63,800 bases of DNA from Thermoplasmatota archaeon (lineage in GTDB: Archaea; Thermoplasmatota; E2; DHVEG-1), in NCBI GenBank assembly GCA_016932245.1, contig JAFGDG010000086.1, forward strand, positions 1 through 63,800, read 5' to 3'. This document shows positions 8,977 to 17,769 of this stretch, piece by piece. Within the stretch, counting starts at the first letter, position 1. Each line of letters opens with the position of its first letter. The position numbers were made by a program, and so were the translations under genes. The notes beneath the pieces are model-generated. The model was not told the origin of the DNA and did no database searches. It saw only the letters and a list, made by a program, of their open reading frames with translations.

Positions 8977-9789
8977 CTAACGCACCAGCTTTAATCTTAC
9001 CATTTGATAAAATGTTTCGCCAAATCTGACAAATTGTGCCTTTTTTTCAGAGCCTGTAATTAAAATTTCACTATCTGCTGTTACCGGTTGGGCAGATCCC
9101 CCATCGATGACAATCTTCGACTCGCCGCTTTTTGGCGATAACGTGACACCAACCTTCTTTTCCAAAGGAACTATCCATGGGCGGGCTGAGAGTTTGAAAG
9201 GTGCAAGCGGTGCAATAATCATTGCTTTAACTGCAGGATCCATAATGGGCCCACCTGCACTTAATGCATAGCTTGTTGATCCTGTTGGTGTTGCAACAAT
9301 AATTCCATCTGCCCCCAATGTTTCGATCAATTCTTCTTCAACAAACAGTTGTAAATAAATGATTTTTGCAATACGTGCTGTTTGCACAGTCACTTCATTA
9401 GAAGCATCAGGTAATCGCTTGCCATCAACCGTTATTTTTAACTTGGCCCGTTCTTCAACATTATACTTACCAGCAATAACTTTCTTTAACCCCCCGATTG
9501 CATATTTTGATTCCACTTCAGCAAGAAAGCCCATACCGCCCGAATTGATGGCAAAGATGGGTTTTTCTATTGCTTCAAGTGCACGGAGTATGGTTCCATC
9601 GCCACCAACAGTAACTACGATATCGGCGTTCCTGTTCATCTCTCTTAACGAATACGATTTACTGCCAACCTGTTTTGCAATGCTTTCTTCAGCAAAAACA
9701 TCGTGTGATTCTTGGAGGAACTGATAAACATCAATAGCAGCAGACAATGCCTTTTTTACATATGAATTGCACACAAGTCCCCATTTCAT
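8977..9789 (-). CDS. nadK: NAD kinase
   Basis: GGDGT, GMGFL, NE, DGIIVATPTGSTSYALSAGGP. Confidence 0.95.
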   Translation of the reverse strand: MKWGLVCNSYVKKALSAAIDVYQFLQESHDVFAEESIAKQVGSKSYSLREMNRNADIVVTVGGDGTILRALEAIEKPIFAINSGGMGFLAEVESKYAIGGLKKVIAGKYNVEERAKLKITVDGKRLPDASNEVTVQTARIAKIIYLQLFVEEELIETLGADGIIVATPTGSTSYALSAGGPIMDPAVKAMIIAPLAPFKLSARPWIVPLEKKVGVTLSPKSGESKIVIDGGSAQPVTADSEILITGSEKKAQFVRFGETFYQMVRLKLVR

Positions 9790-9801
9790 AGACGGCCTCT
9801 T

Positions 9802-10989
9802 TCACTCAGATATTTTCATTAATGGTCGCAATTTCATCAATAGTGTTGGATGTTTTAACACCAACGCCTTAATAAGGCTAAGGGTACTCAGCTCTTCAAA
9901 CTTATAATCTTTCAGTGAATCGGCAAGCATATTGAATGTTTTATCATCCATATCTAACAAAGTTTCTTTTACCCTATAGTTGCGTTTCATTTTCTTACCA
10001 ATAACCTCTTTCCATCTCATCTCATATTCCATTAAAAAGTCCTGGCTAAAATCTTGTGTTTGTACCGCTTTTCCTACCACCTCGCCAGCAATTTTACCAA
10101 TTTCAAGGCAATGCGTAAGCCCTCCGCCAGTAATCGGGTCGACATGCCGTGCGGCATCACCGACTAATATAAGGTTATCTCGCACGGTTTCAATGGGATT
10201 TGCGACAGGAACCGCACCTGCAAGAAAACGTACAGGTTCCGCATGAGCAAATCGAGAATCCTTTGCAATAAACTCATCAAGCAGCTTTTTTGCCATTCCT
10301 GCTTCACTGAGACTTGCCAGAATGCCGATACCAACATTTGCCACGTCTTTTCCTTTAGGAAACACCCAAATATACCCCCCTGGAGCAATCTTTTTTCCTA
10401 AATAAAAGTCACAATATGCGTCCTTACAATCCACATTTGTTAAGGTATACTGGGCACAAGTTTCCAAATCTTTTGGTTTAAGAGTGGTATCGATATCTGC
10501 CCATTTACCTACTTTTGACTCAACTCCATCTGCACCTATGATAACATCAGCCTCAATGTCCCTTTCTTCATCGAAATGGTTTATCTTAACGCCCTTAATT
10601 TTCCCCTCATCTTTAAGAAGTCCAATTGCTTGGGCGTTCATCATAATTTTGACGCCTGCTTTTGCTGCCCTTCTTGCTAACTCCTGATCAAAAATATCAC
10701 GATAGATCACATAACCAGTTTCATTCCCTGCCATATCGGCAGAAAGTTTTACCATGGTCCCATCGGGCGAGTAGATACGCGCACCTTCCATTCTCCCTGC
10801 GATCCACCGCGTACCTTCAAGCATGTCCCAATCATCTATCTTGCGGCTGATGCCTTCACCACAAAGAACAGGGGTTCCAATTTCCTGCCTTCTCTCTACA
10901 ATTAAGACTTTTGCGCCTGCTTCTGCAGCAAATCGGGCAGTAACACTTCCTGCAGGTCCGCTTCCCACTACAATAACATCATATTTCAT
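9802..10989 (-). CDS. Digeranylgeranylglycerophospholipid reductase (GGR)
   Basis: GSGPAG, PVLCGEG, GADG, PGGYIWVFP, VGDAA...PITGGG. Confidence 0.9.
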   Translation of the reverse strand: MKYDVIVVGSGPAGSVTARFAAEAGAKVLIVERRQEIGTPVLCGEGISRKIDDWDMLEGTRWIAGRMEGARIYSPDGTMVKLSADMAGNETGYVIYRDIFDQELARRAAKAGVKIMMNAQAIGLLKDEGKIKGVKINHFDEERDIEADVIIGADGVESKVGKWADIDTTLKPKDLETCAQYTLTNVDCKDAYCDFYLGKKIAPGGYIWVFPKGKDVANVGIGILASLSEAGMAKKLLDEFIAKDSRFAHAEPVRFLAGAVPVANPIETVRDNLILVGDAARHVDPITGGGLTHCLEIGKIAGEVVGKAVQTQDFSQDFLMEYEMRWKEVIGKKMKRNYRVKETLLDMDDKTFNMLADSLKDYKFEELSTLSLIKALVLKHPTLLMKLRPLMKISE

Positions 10990-10991
10990 TG

Positions 10992-11183
10992 CTACAACGC
11001 TCCGTCTCCGCTAATGGCTCCGACAGGACAAGTTCTAATACAAATCGCACAACTTATGCACCCTTTTTCGTCAACCAATGCCTTGTTAGCATACCAGGAT
11101 ATTGCATCTTGAGGACATACTGAGATGCATCCACCACATGCTAAACATTCCTTCGTATCTACTTTTGCCTTAGGCTTTCCCAT
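10992..11183 (-). CDS. 2x[4Fe-4S] ferredoxin
   Basis: Two CxxCxxCxxxCP motifs. Confidence 0.93.
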   Translation of the reverse strand: MGKPKAKVDTKECLACGGCISVCPQDAISWYANKALVDEKGCISCAICIRTCPVGAISGDGAL

Positions 11184-11742
11184 ATGATTCTCCTCTTGTT
11201 ATTCCAGATGCAATTAAATGAGCCACTCGAATTGGCTCAGGTACGACGCCCCTTATTGTTGAAAGCGTTATTATTTCTTTTGCCTCCTCTAGAGAACACC
11301 CTGCATGTTTGATAAAAACAGGGTTGTGAGATGTTTTAATTCTATGCAACTTGCCCTGCTGCATGAGCCGCAATCGTTCTTCCCAATCAGTAAAATGCTG
11401 TTTCAATGCTTTTTTTATACTGCTAAAATCAGGGGCATCTCGAGTAATGGTTATTATTGGTAGATTTGTGGCATGATGGGCCTCTTCAATGTCTACAATG
11501 TTGAATCCACCAAGAGCAATACCATCCAGCAGTATTGCTCTCAACTGCTGCCGATGTTTCGTGTTATTTATTAATTCTACGCAAACATCTGTTGCATCAG
11601 TACCGTCAATAGCAACCTGACTTCGTAAAACACATTCGAGATACTCCCCCCCGCGCATTATTGCCCCAATAACTGGTGTGGAAGTATCATTGAAAGTGAA
11701 AGGAGCATCATCAAGCCCCATGAGCCGTATTTCTCGTTTCAT
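11170..11742 (-). CDS. DUF99 family protein (endonuclease dU-like)
   Basis: GLDDAPF, DGTDAT, DGIALGGFNIVD, PEPIRVAHLIA. Confidence 0.88.
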   Translation of the reverse strand: MKREIRLMGLDDAPFTFNDTSTPVIGAIMRGGEYLECVLRSQVAIDGTDATDVCVELINNTKHRQQLRAILLDGIALGGFNIVDIEEAHHATNLPIITITRDAPDFSSIKKALKQHFTDWEERLRLMQQGKLHRIKTSHNPVFIKHAGCSLEEAKEIITLSTIRGVVPEPIRVAHLIASGITRGESYGKA

Positions 11743-11850
11743 CTACAAAACAAATAGAGCTATAATACTAAATCTTTTACTACTTACATTTTCCGACATA
11801 TTTATAACAATAGAAACAATGTTTACGCAAAAAATAAGGGAGAGAAAAAC

Positions 11851-12555
11851 ATGAAACTATGGAAACTAGGTATATTGGTTGTTAGTATAATGTCATTAGC
11901 AGCAATGGCTGCGCTTCCCGTTTCAGCAGAGAGCGATCCTACTGGAGATGTATATCACAGGACTATAACCGGGGCATCGTATTCTTGGGAGCTTTATGGA
12001 GAAAGAGAGAATGTTGACATCACTGATATTTCCTATGACGTTGTAGGCTCTGATGTAACATTATCATTGACCGTTAAAGGGAGAATTACCGACAGTCAAA
12101 ACATTCTTTATTATATTCACCTCAAAAAGGACGACAGCGCATTCTATCAAATTTTTTATACAAATGGTTCAGGAATGGTATCTGGGGGAGGTGTATTTCA
12201 AGGATTTTATGACTATGCGCCAGAGTTCACTCTATCAACAGATGGAAAAACCATTTCCTATACCTTCACTGATTTGAATACGACCATCGATTACGAGCCA
12301 TGGGGTTGGGCACAGGAATACCTTGAGTACACTGTCCAAGGCGGAGAGGCCTGGTTTGACTATGCGCCAAATGCCTATGCACCGTGGTACACAGCGGGCG
12401 ATGAGACGGATCCTGATGACGAGCCTGATAACGGAGGAAGTAACACGCTGCCCAACGGAGATGGAACGACACCAACAGGTACGCCAGGATTTGAACTGAT
12501 AGCACTGCTTATCGCTGCAACAATACTGCTGATTGTATATAAGAGAAGAAGGTAG
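11851..12555 (+). CDS. Secreted/surface protein with PGF-CTERM-like sorting signal
   Basis: Signal peptide; DPTGDV..., VDITDISY; acidic linker; TPGFE + TM + KRRR. Confidence 0.75.
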   Translation: MKLWKLGILVVSIMSLAAMAALPVSAESDPTGDVYHRTITGASYSWELYGERENVDITDISYDVVGSDVTLSLTVKGRITDSQNILYYIHLKKDDSAFYQIFYTNGSGMVSGGGVFQGFYDYAPEFTLSTDGKTISYTFTDLNTTIDYEPWGWAQEYLEYTVQGGEAWFDYAPNAYAPWYTAGDETDPDDEPDNGGSNTLPNGDGTTPTGTPGFELIALLIAATILLIVYKRRR

Positions 12556-12577
12556 TCTTCTCTTCCTTTTTATTTTT
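12541..12577 (+). terminator. Hairpin + U-rich tract between convergent genes
   Basis: AAGAGAAGA (12541-49) / TCTTCTCTT (12556-64) inverted repeat, then CCTTTTTATTTTT. Confidence 0.45.
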
Positions 12578-12936
12578 CATAGAAGAGAAAGGCTTCCGGT
12601 TACCTGATCAATAATATTGGTAGGGGCAGGGCCAATTCCTAAGACTGTTTTAGTACCTGCTGGAATCTCAGTATGCCCCGCATCCTCGATCAATGAGGTT
12701 GAGATATCCAATTTCTCAGCTTTTTCTTTGAGTGGGAAAAATTCCTCAAGCCGCTCAACTTTTACCACTGCTTTTTTTGCCCCTTCAGCTTGCCACTTTG
12801 TAAACCATCTTGTATTATATTGTTTAGTTGATAATGCACAATTGACTGCAGCATGGGCAACTTGAGCTGCTAGTTTTCCAGGAGATAGTTTTAAATCACT
12901 TCTTGTGACGATGACCATCTTATATTCAAAATCCAT
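12577..12936 (-). CDS. pth2: Peptidyl-tRNA hydrolase Pth2
   Basis: YKMVIVTRSDLKLSPGKLAAQVAHAA, DAGHTEI, GIGP; start placed at MDFEY. Confidence 0.95.
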   Translation of the reverse strand: MDFEYKMVIVTRSDLKLSPGKLAAQVAHAAVNCALSTKQYNTRWFTKWQAEGAKKAVVKVERLEEFFPLKEKAEKLDISTSLIEDAGHTEIPAGTKTVLGIGPAPTNIIDQVTGSLSLL

Positions 12937-13252
12937 TGGTCTTTTTCCCTCTGTTGTCCATGATGCAAAAGGATTCCGCCCGCCATTTTTCTCCGAGCTG
13001 CTGAGCCTTGTCACGGTCGACAAGCCCTTTCACCAACAGCGTTTTTTCCTCCTCCTCGATATGTTTGAGAGGAACGCCAAGGTATGTTTTCCCTGATTTG
13101 ATAATCAAAATATCTTCATCTACGGCAACACTCTCACCGATTTTTCTCCCGGCGCCGTCTAAGACGAAACGACAGGTCAATCCATTTTTATAAAAATCTT
13201 CTTCACTATCAGCAGATTTTTGTTTCTTTCTGGAAAAAAAGAACAATCCCGT
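12926..13252 (-). CDS. DUF5749-like small beta-barrel protein; start uncertain
   Basis: CRFV...KIGESVAVDEDILIIKSG..YLGVPL...A..LGEKW. Start could be TTG 13246, ACG 13252 or ATG 13297. Confidence 0.65.
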   Translation of the reverse strand, partial: TGLFFFSRKKQKSADSEEDFYKNGLTCRFVLDGAGRKIGESVAVDEDILIIKSGKTYLGVPLKHIEEEEKTLLVKGLVDRDKAQQLGEKWRAESFCIMDNRGKKTNGF

Positions 13253-13364
13253 GATTGCTTGTGAAATAATTACGAATCTATGAGTACTAGTAAACATTGG
13301 CCTTCCACAGGCTCAGTATCTGCGATTCTGTTATAAATCTTTGGAAAGATACCTCTTTCTAATC

Positions 13365-14552
13365 ATGAACGAATGTGATGTTGCAGTTGTTGGTGGAGGC
13401 CCTATTGGCGGGCATGTTGCTTCTCTGTTAGCTGAGAGCGGGCATTCGGTTTCTGTTTTTGAGGAGCATAAGGAAATTGGCCTTCCTCTCAAATGTGCAG
13501 GTCTTGTCACTCCTCGCGTTCTTGATATGGTTAACATCAAGCAAACAGCTGTTGTTCAGAATACCATTAAAGGTGCACACATTCACTCTCCTTCCAATCA
13601 TATTTTGACTGTTGGAGGTAATAGGAAACATGCTTTTGTTATCGACCGATCAGAATTTGATAAGAAAATCTTGCATGATGCACACAAGAAAGGAGCCACC
13701 ATTCTTTCAAACCACAAGATTACTGCAGCTCAACGGCAAAAAGATTTCATCATACTTGCAACATCACAAGATACAGAATATAGGTGTAAGTTGGTTGTTG
13801 GTGCCGATGGGCCATATTCAAAGATACGAGATCGGTTTGCATTTCCTCAACCAAAAGAATTCTTACAAGGGATAGGTGCGCAACTCGTTGATACTTCTCT
13901 TGACCATGACTTTGTTGAACTATTTGTTGGAAATGCCATTGCCCCTGACTTTTTTGCGTGGATAATCCCAACAAATGCTAAGGGGACCAGGGCACGAGCG
14001 GGTTTGTGTGTTGCTGCGAATGCTCCACATCACCCAAAACAGTATCTGTCCACCCTCCTTCAACATGAAAATGCCTCACCCTTTCTCGAACAAGCCACTA
14101 TCTCTGGCTATACAGGAGGATCGATTCCGTTAGGCCCATTATCAAAAACGTATGATAATAACATTCTCTTAGTGGGAGACGCAGCAGCACAGGTAAAGCC
14201 TACGTCTGGTGGGGGAATCTACCCCGGGTTGTGTTGTGCTTGCCATTGCGCTGCAGTGGCACAGGATGCGATGGAAAACAATATATTCACTGAAAAAATC
14301 CTTAAAAAATATCAGAAAAAATGGCATGAAGACATTGGAAAAGAACTCTACCTTGGAATGAAATTTCGCACGATTTTCACCAGACTTACCGATGCACAAT
14401 TCGATAAATACATTGCAAAATTTCAACAGCAAAGCATTACTGCTATCATCTCTAAACACGGTGATATTGATTATCCTTCAAAACTGATTAAACCTCTCTT
14501 GAAAAAAGCACCCACGCTTTTAACACTTCTACCAAAAATGTTGAAAGAATGA
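13365..14552 (+). CDS. Geranylgeranyl reductase family flavoprotein (second paralog)
   Basis: GGGPIG, PLKCAGL, GADG, FFAWIIP, VGDAAAQVKPTSGGG. Confidence 0.88.
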   Translation: MNECDVAVVGGGPIGGHVASLLAESGHSVSVFEEHKEIGLPLKCAGLVTPRVLDMVNIKQTAVVQNTIKGAHIHSPSNHILTVGGNRKHAFVIDRSEFDKKILHDAHKKGATILSNHKITAAQRQKDFIILATSQDTEYRCKLVVGADGPYSKIRDRFAFPQPKEFLQGIGAQLVDTSLDHDFVELFVGNAIAPDFFAWIIPTNAKGTRARAGLCVAANAPHHPKQYLSTLLQHENASPFLEQATISGYTGGSIPLGPLSKTYDNNILLVGDAAAQVKPTSGGGIYPGLCCACHCAAVAQDAMENNIFTEKILKKYQKKWHEDIGKELYLGMKFRTIFTRLTDAQFDKYIAKFQQQSITAIISKHGDIDYPSKLIKPLLKKAPTLLTLLPKMLKE

Positions 14553-14565
14553 CATCATTTTCGTT

Positions 14566-16755
14566 TTACTTTTTTGCCGGGGGAGGCGGTACGTAATAAT
14601 CTTCATCTTCATATCCATAATCGTCCCCATAGCTTTCATTATCCACGACGGTTGTACCCTTTATCTTTCCACCTTTTCTCTTCTTTCGTATGATGTAGAT
14701 GACGATAATCAATAACAAGGTAATGACAAAGCTTACAATGCACGGCATGAAAATGCCAATTACAAAGAGAGCAGACGGAATAATTTTACAGCTCACCACA
14801 TTGGTTAATGCAGATTCTGACGAATCAAAAGAAACTTCAATGTAGATCCGCCCATCTTCGAGCTGATCCTTTACTACTTTTCCCAACTCATCAGTACATG
14901 TTACGTTGATTCCATGAGGAAAAACAATTCTATAGGTTACATTTTGATTTTGCAACCCTCGCAGATTAAGATACTGGCTTTTCATTTCAAAACTCGGTGG
15001 TACAAAAGAAAGATTAAAAGAAAGCGGATATGAGCTATGTGCATAAGAGACTACAGTTAACGGAGATTCGCCACTCATCGTTCCAATGTCCTCGCCCCAC
15101 AATAACGACTCATCAAATGCGTTTCTATTGGTGTGACCATCGACGGTTAAATTTGGTAGAATAGTAACCAATTTTTGTTCGAATAGTTGTTTATCTTTAG
15201 TAAGAAACGTGCTAATACCTTCCTCATCAAATACGCCTTCATCTATACACAGACGAAATGCATCTGAGGAGAGGTACTGAAGAGAAAGTTTTTCAGGAAG
15301 CGAGAACGAATCAGGAACACTAGAAACATGATAATTTTTTTTCTCCTCAATAAACAAACCTAATGAAAGCTCTGTTTCTCCTGTAAAAAATCCTAATAAA
15401 TTCAAATCAGTTGTACTTATTTCAATTTCGATTATCGTCTCTATCTGCTCTTCAGTGTATTCTGGTGCCTTGCTTGAATTAAACCGCCCCGAAAGCCCAT
15501 CAGTTCGATTCCATATATAGCTATTTTTCCCATCCAAGTACAGGCCTTGTGGAAGAAGAAGCGTCACGTTATAAGGATAGTCTATGTTACCAAGATCATC
15601 GCCAAAATTCATATCGTTAGCAGAAATATTTGCTGTGCCCCCTGCGTGAATCAGTCCAAAAAAAGCTCGGGCAGATATATCGCAAAGGTGTATGTTTACG
15701 TCATCAGCAATAAGCTCCGCCTGGACTGGAGGGCTATCGTTCATGTGAGTGATATTGTAAGGTTGAGAGCAGTTGTTTGTGGTTTCTTCATTCCACCGGA
15801 ATGCAACATCTAGTGTTTGATTAAATGAAGAGTTTTCTATCACTGAGGTTATCTCTTTAGTTATATTTGCCATGGTTTTTTGGTATACCTCTTCCCATGA
15901 GGTCAATCCGTTTTCGATAAGTAATCGCATTCCATCAGCGGTGACAAAATCTAAGTCACTAATGGATGGAGGAATTACATCATATCCTCTAATATCAATA
16001 TGTTTTGCCACGATGTTACCAATCAATTCAATGTGTTTTGCATTACTTGAATCTAAAACAAATGCTAGGTGAATGTTATCGGTGTTCATTGTAGGGGTTG
16101 TTGGGGTCTTGTACTGGAGAGAAAATTTAGCCGCTTTTGAAGGGTCTAACCCCTCTTCGTTATGCAAGGTCCATTGTATGGTATTGATATTTTTCTCCCC
16201 ATTGGTGAACGGAGGATATATTGAGGAAGGTAGTTCCAGTGTATAGGTGTTGTCCCATCCCCTTTCGGCATGAAGTGTTGCTTCGTACATTACCTCAGCG
16301 CCCATATCAAGAACACCGTTGATCATGTTATATCCGTTAACAGTATCACCCATTCCAAAAAATACTGAAGACAAGGCAACACTAAACGCATCATAAAATC
16401 GATTATTTTCATAGGTTGGCTTTTGTAGCAATGCAGTAACCGGCGCATCGATAAATGCCTCTTCTAGCTGTTCTTCCAGGAGCTGACGTAATCGTAATTT
16501 AATGGCGCCCATCGTTTCAAGATCGCCTGTTGCTGCAGCCTCTATATCGCTTTTTTTGTAGAGTTGCCCGAATACTGTAATTTGGCTGACCTCAAGTGTT
16601 ACATCTATGTGAAAATCCGTTGCTGAGTCCAAGGTAATCGTAAATTGCGCGTCAACAATACTTTCATTTTGTTCGTTTTCTGCTAAACTAGAGCCAACTG
16701 ATGAAATGACGAGAAACCCTACTATTGCAAACTCCAATAATATGCGCAAGTGCAT
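14566..16755 (-). CDS. Large secreted, C-terminally anchored hypothetical protein with internal repeats
   Basis: Signal peptide, many NxS/T sequons, C-terminal TM + RKKRK + acidic/Pro tail; repeated motif LDFVTADGMRLLIENG / LQYLSSDAFRLCIDEG. Confidence 0.75.
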   Translation of the reverse strand: MHLRILLEFAIVGFLVISSVGSSLAENEQNESIVDAQFTITLDSATDFHIDVTLEVSQITVFGQLYKKSDIEAAATGDLETMGAIKLRLRQLLEEQLEEAFIDAPVTALLQKPTYENNRFYDAFSVALSSVFFGMGDTVNGYNMINGVLDMGAEVMYEATLHAERGWDNTYTLELPSSIYPPFTNGEKNINTIQWTLHNEEGLDPSKAAKFSLQYKTPTTPTMNTDNIHLAFVLDSSNAKHIELIGNIVAKHIDIRGYDVIPPSISDLDFVTADGMRLLIENGLTSWEEVYQKTMANITKEITSVIENSSFNQTLDVAFRWNEETTNNCSQPYNITHMNDSPPVQAELIADDVNIHLCDISARAFFGLIHAGGTANISANDMNFGDDLGNIDYPYNVTLLLPQGLYLDGKNSYIWNRTDGLSGRFNSSKAPEYTEEQIETIIEIEISTTDLNLLGFFTGETELSLGLFIEEKKNYHVSSVPDSFSLPEKLSLQYLSSDAFRLCIDEGVFDEEGISTFLTKDKQLFEQKLVTILPNLTVDGHTNRNAFDESLLWGEDIGTMSGESPLTVVSYAHSSYPLSFNLSFVPPSFEMKSQYLNLRGLQNQNVTYRIVFPHGINVTCTDELGKVVKDQLEDGRIYIEVSFDSSESALTNVVSCKIIPSALFVIGIFMPCIVSFVITLLLIIVIYIIRKKRKGGKIKGTTVVDNESYGDDYGYEDEDYYVPPPPAKK

Positions 16756-16851
16756 ACATCCACATCCGTTAAGCCACTAAACATATGTCATTATAAAAAC
16801 TTTCTTACGAAACCACTAAAAATACGTGTACAATTTCACTGTTGTTATTGT

Positions 16852-17700
16852 ATGTATATTATTGGCGGAACAGCATCAAAGGCAGTTGCGGAAGAACTTG
16901 CAAAGGAACTCCACTGCCCACTAGCAGAAACGATTGCCAAGCGTTTTCCTGATGATGAATGTTATATTCGTATTGTGGATGACATTTCGCAAGAGCAAGT
17001 CATTATTGTACAAACGGCCTATCCTGATCACAACATTGTAGAACTTTTTCTACTGCAAAATGCTGCTAAAGAAGCAGGGGCCTCAAAAATTACTGTTGTT
17101 ATGCCCTATATGGGATATGCACGGCAAGACAAAAAATTTCAGAAAGGTGAACCAATAAGTGCACAAACACTGGCACGTCTCATCAGCGCACAAGCAGATG
17201 CGGTGATTACTGTCGATCCTCATAAAGAGTACATCCTTGATTTTTTCACTGTCTCTGCTGTAGGGTGCTCAGCAGTTCCGGAACTTGCAAAATATCTTAA
17301 AAAACAGTCCGTTGATTTTATCCTCGCACCTGATAAAGGGGCTCTCGAACGAGCAAAAAATGCGGCTGATATCATTGGTTGTGAGTATGATTATATGGAA
17401 AAGAAGCGGATTGATGGAACTACGGTCGAGATAAAGCCAAAAAAACTTGATGCGAAAGGCAAGATTGTTGCCATTATCGATGATATCATTTCAACAGGAG
17501 GCACTATGGCAAAATCAATAGAACATCTCAACAACCAAGGAGCAAACAGTGTTTTTGTGGCATGTACTCATGGATTGTTTGCTGGCGACGCTATTAAGAA
17601 ACTTCACACAGCAGGATGCACAGAAATTATTGCAACAAATACCATTATTAGCGATTTCAGTAAGGTAAGTATCGCTCCTTGCATCGCACGACTGCTATAA
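16852..17700 (+). CDS. prs: Ribose-phosphate pyrophosphokinase
   Basis: RFPDDE, PYMGYARQD, APDKGA, IIDDIISTGGT; start placed at MYIIGG. Confidence 0.96.
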   Translation: MYIIGGTASKAVAEELAKELHCPLAETIAKRFPDDECYIRIVDDISQEQVIIVQTAYPDHNIVELFLLQNAAKEAGASKITVVMPYMGYARQDKKFQKGEPISAQTLARLISAQADAVITVDPHKEYILDFFTVSAVGCSAVPELAKYLKKQSVDFILAPDKGALERAKNAADIIGCEYDYMEKKRIDGTTVEIKPKKLDAKGKIVAIIDDIISTGGTMAKSIEHLNNQGANSVFVACTHGLFAGDAIKKLHTAGCTEIIATNTIISDFSKVSIAPCIARLL

Positions 17701-17769
17701 GGGGGGTGAGCAGTCAATGTACATAAGTTATTTATAAGGCTATAGTTTTACGGTTGTGATTGTTCTCAG

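Noticed and set aside
13253..13340. Possible structured or C/D-box RNA between the DUF5749-like gene and GGR
   Set aside because: No RUGAUGA/CUGA box pair and only short stems; more simply a divergent promoter region.
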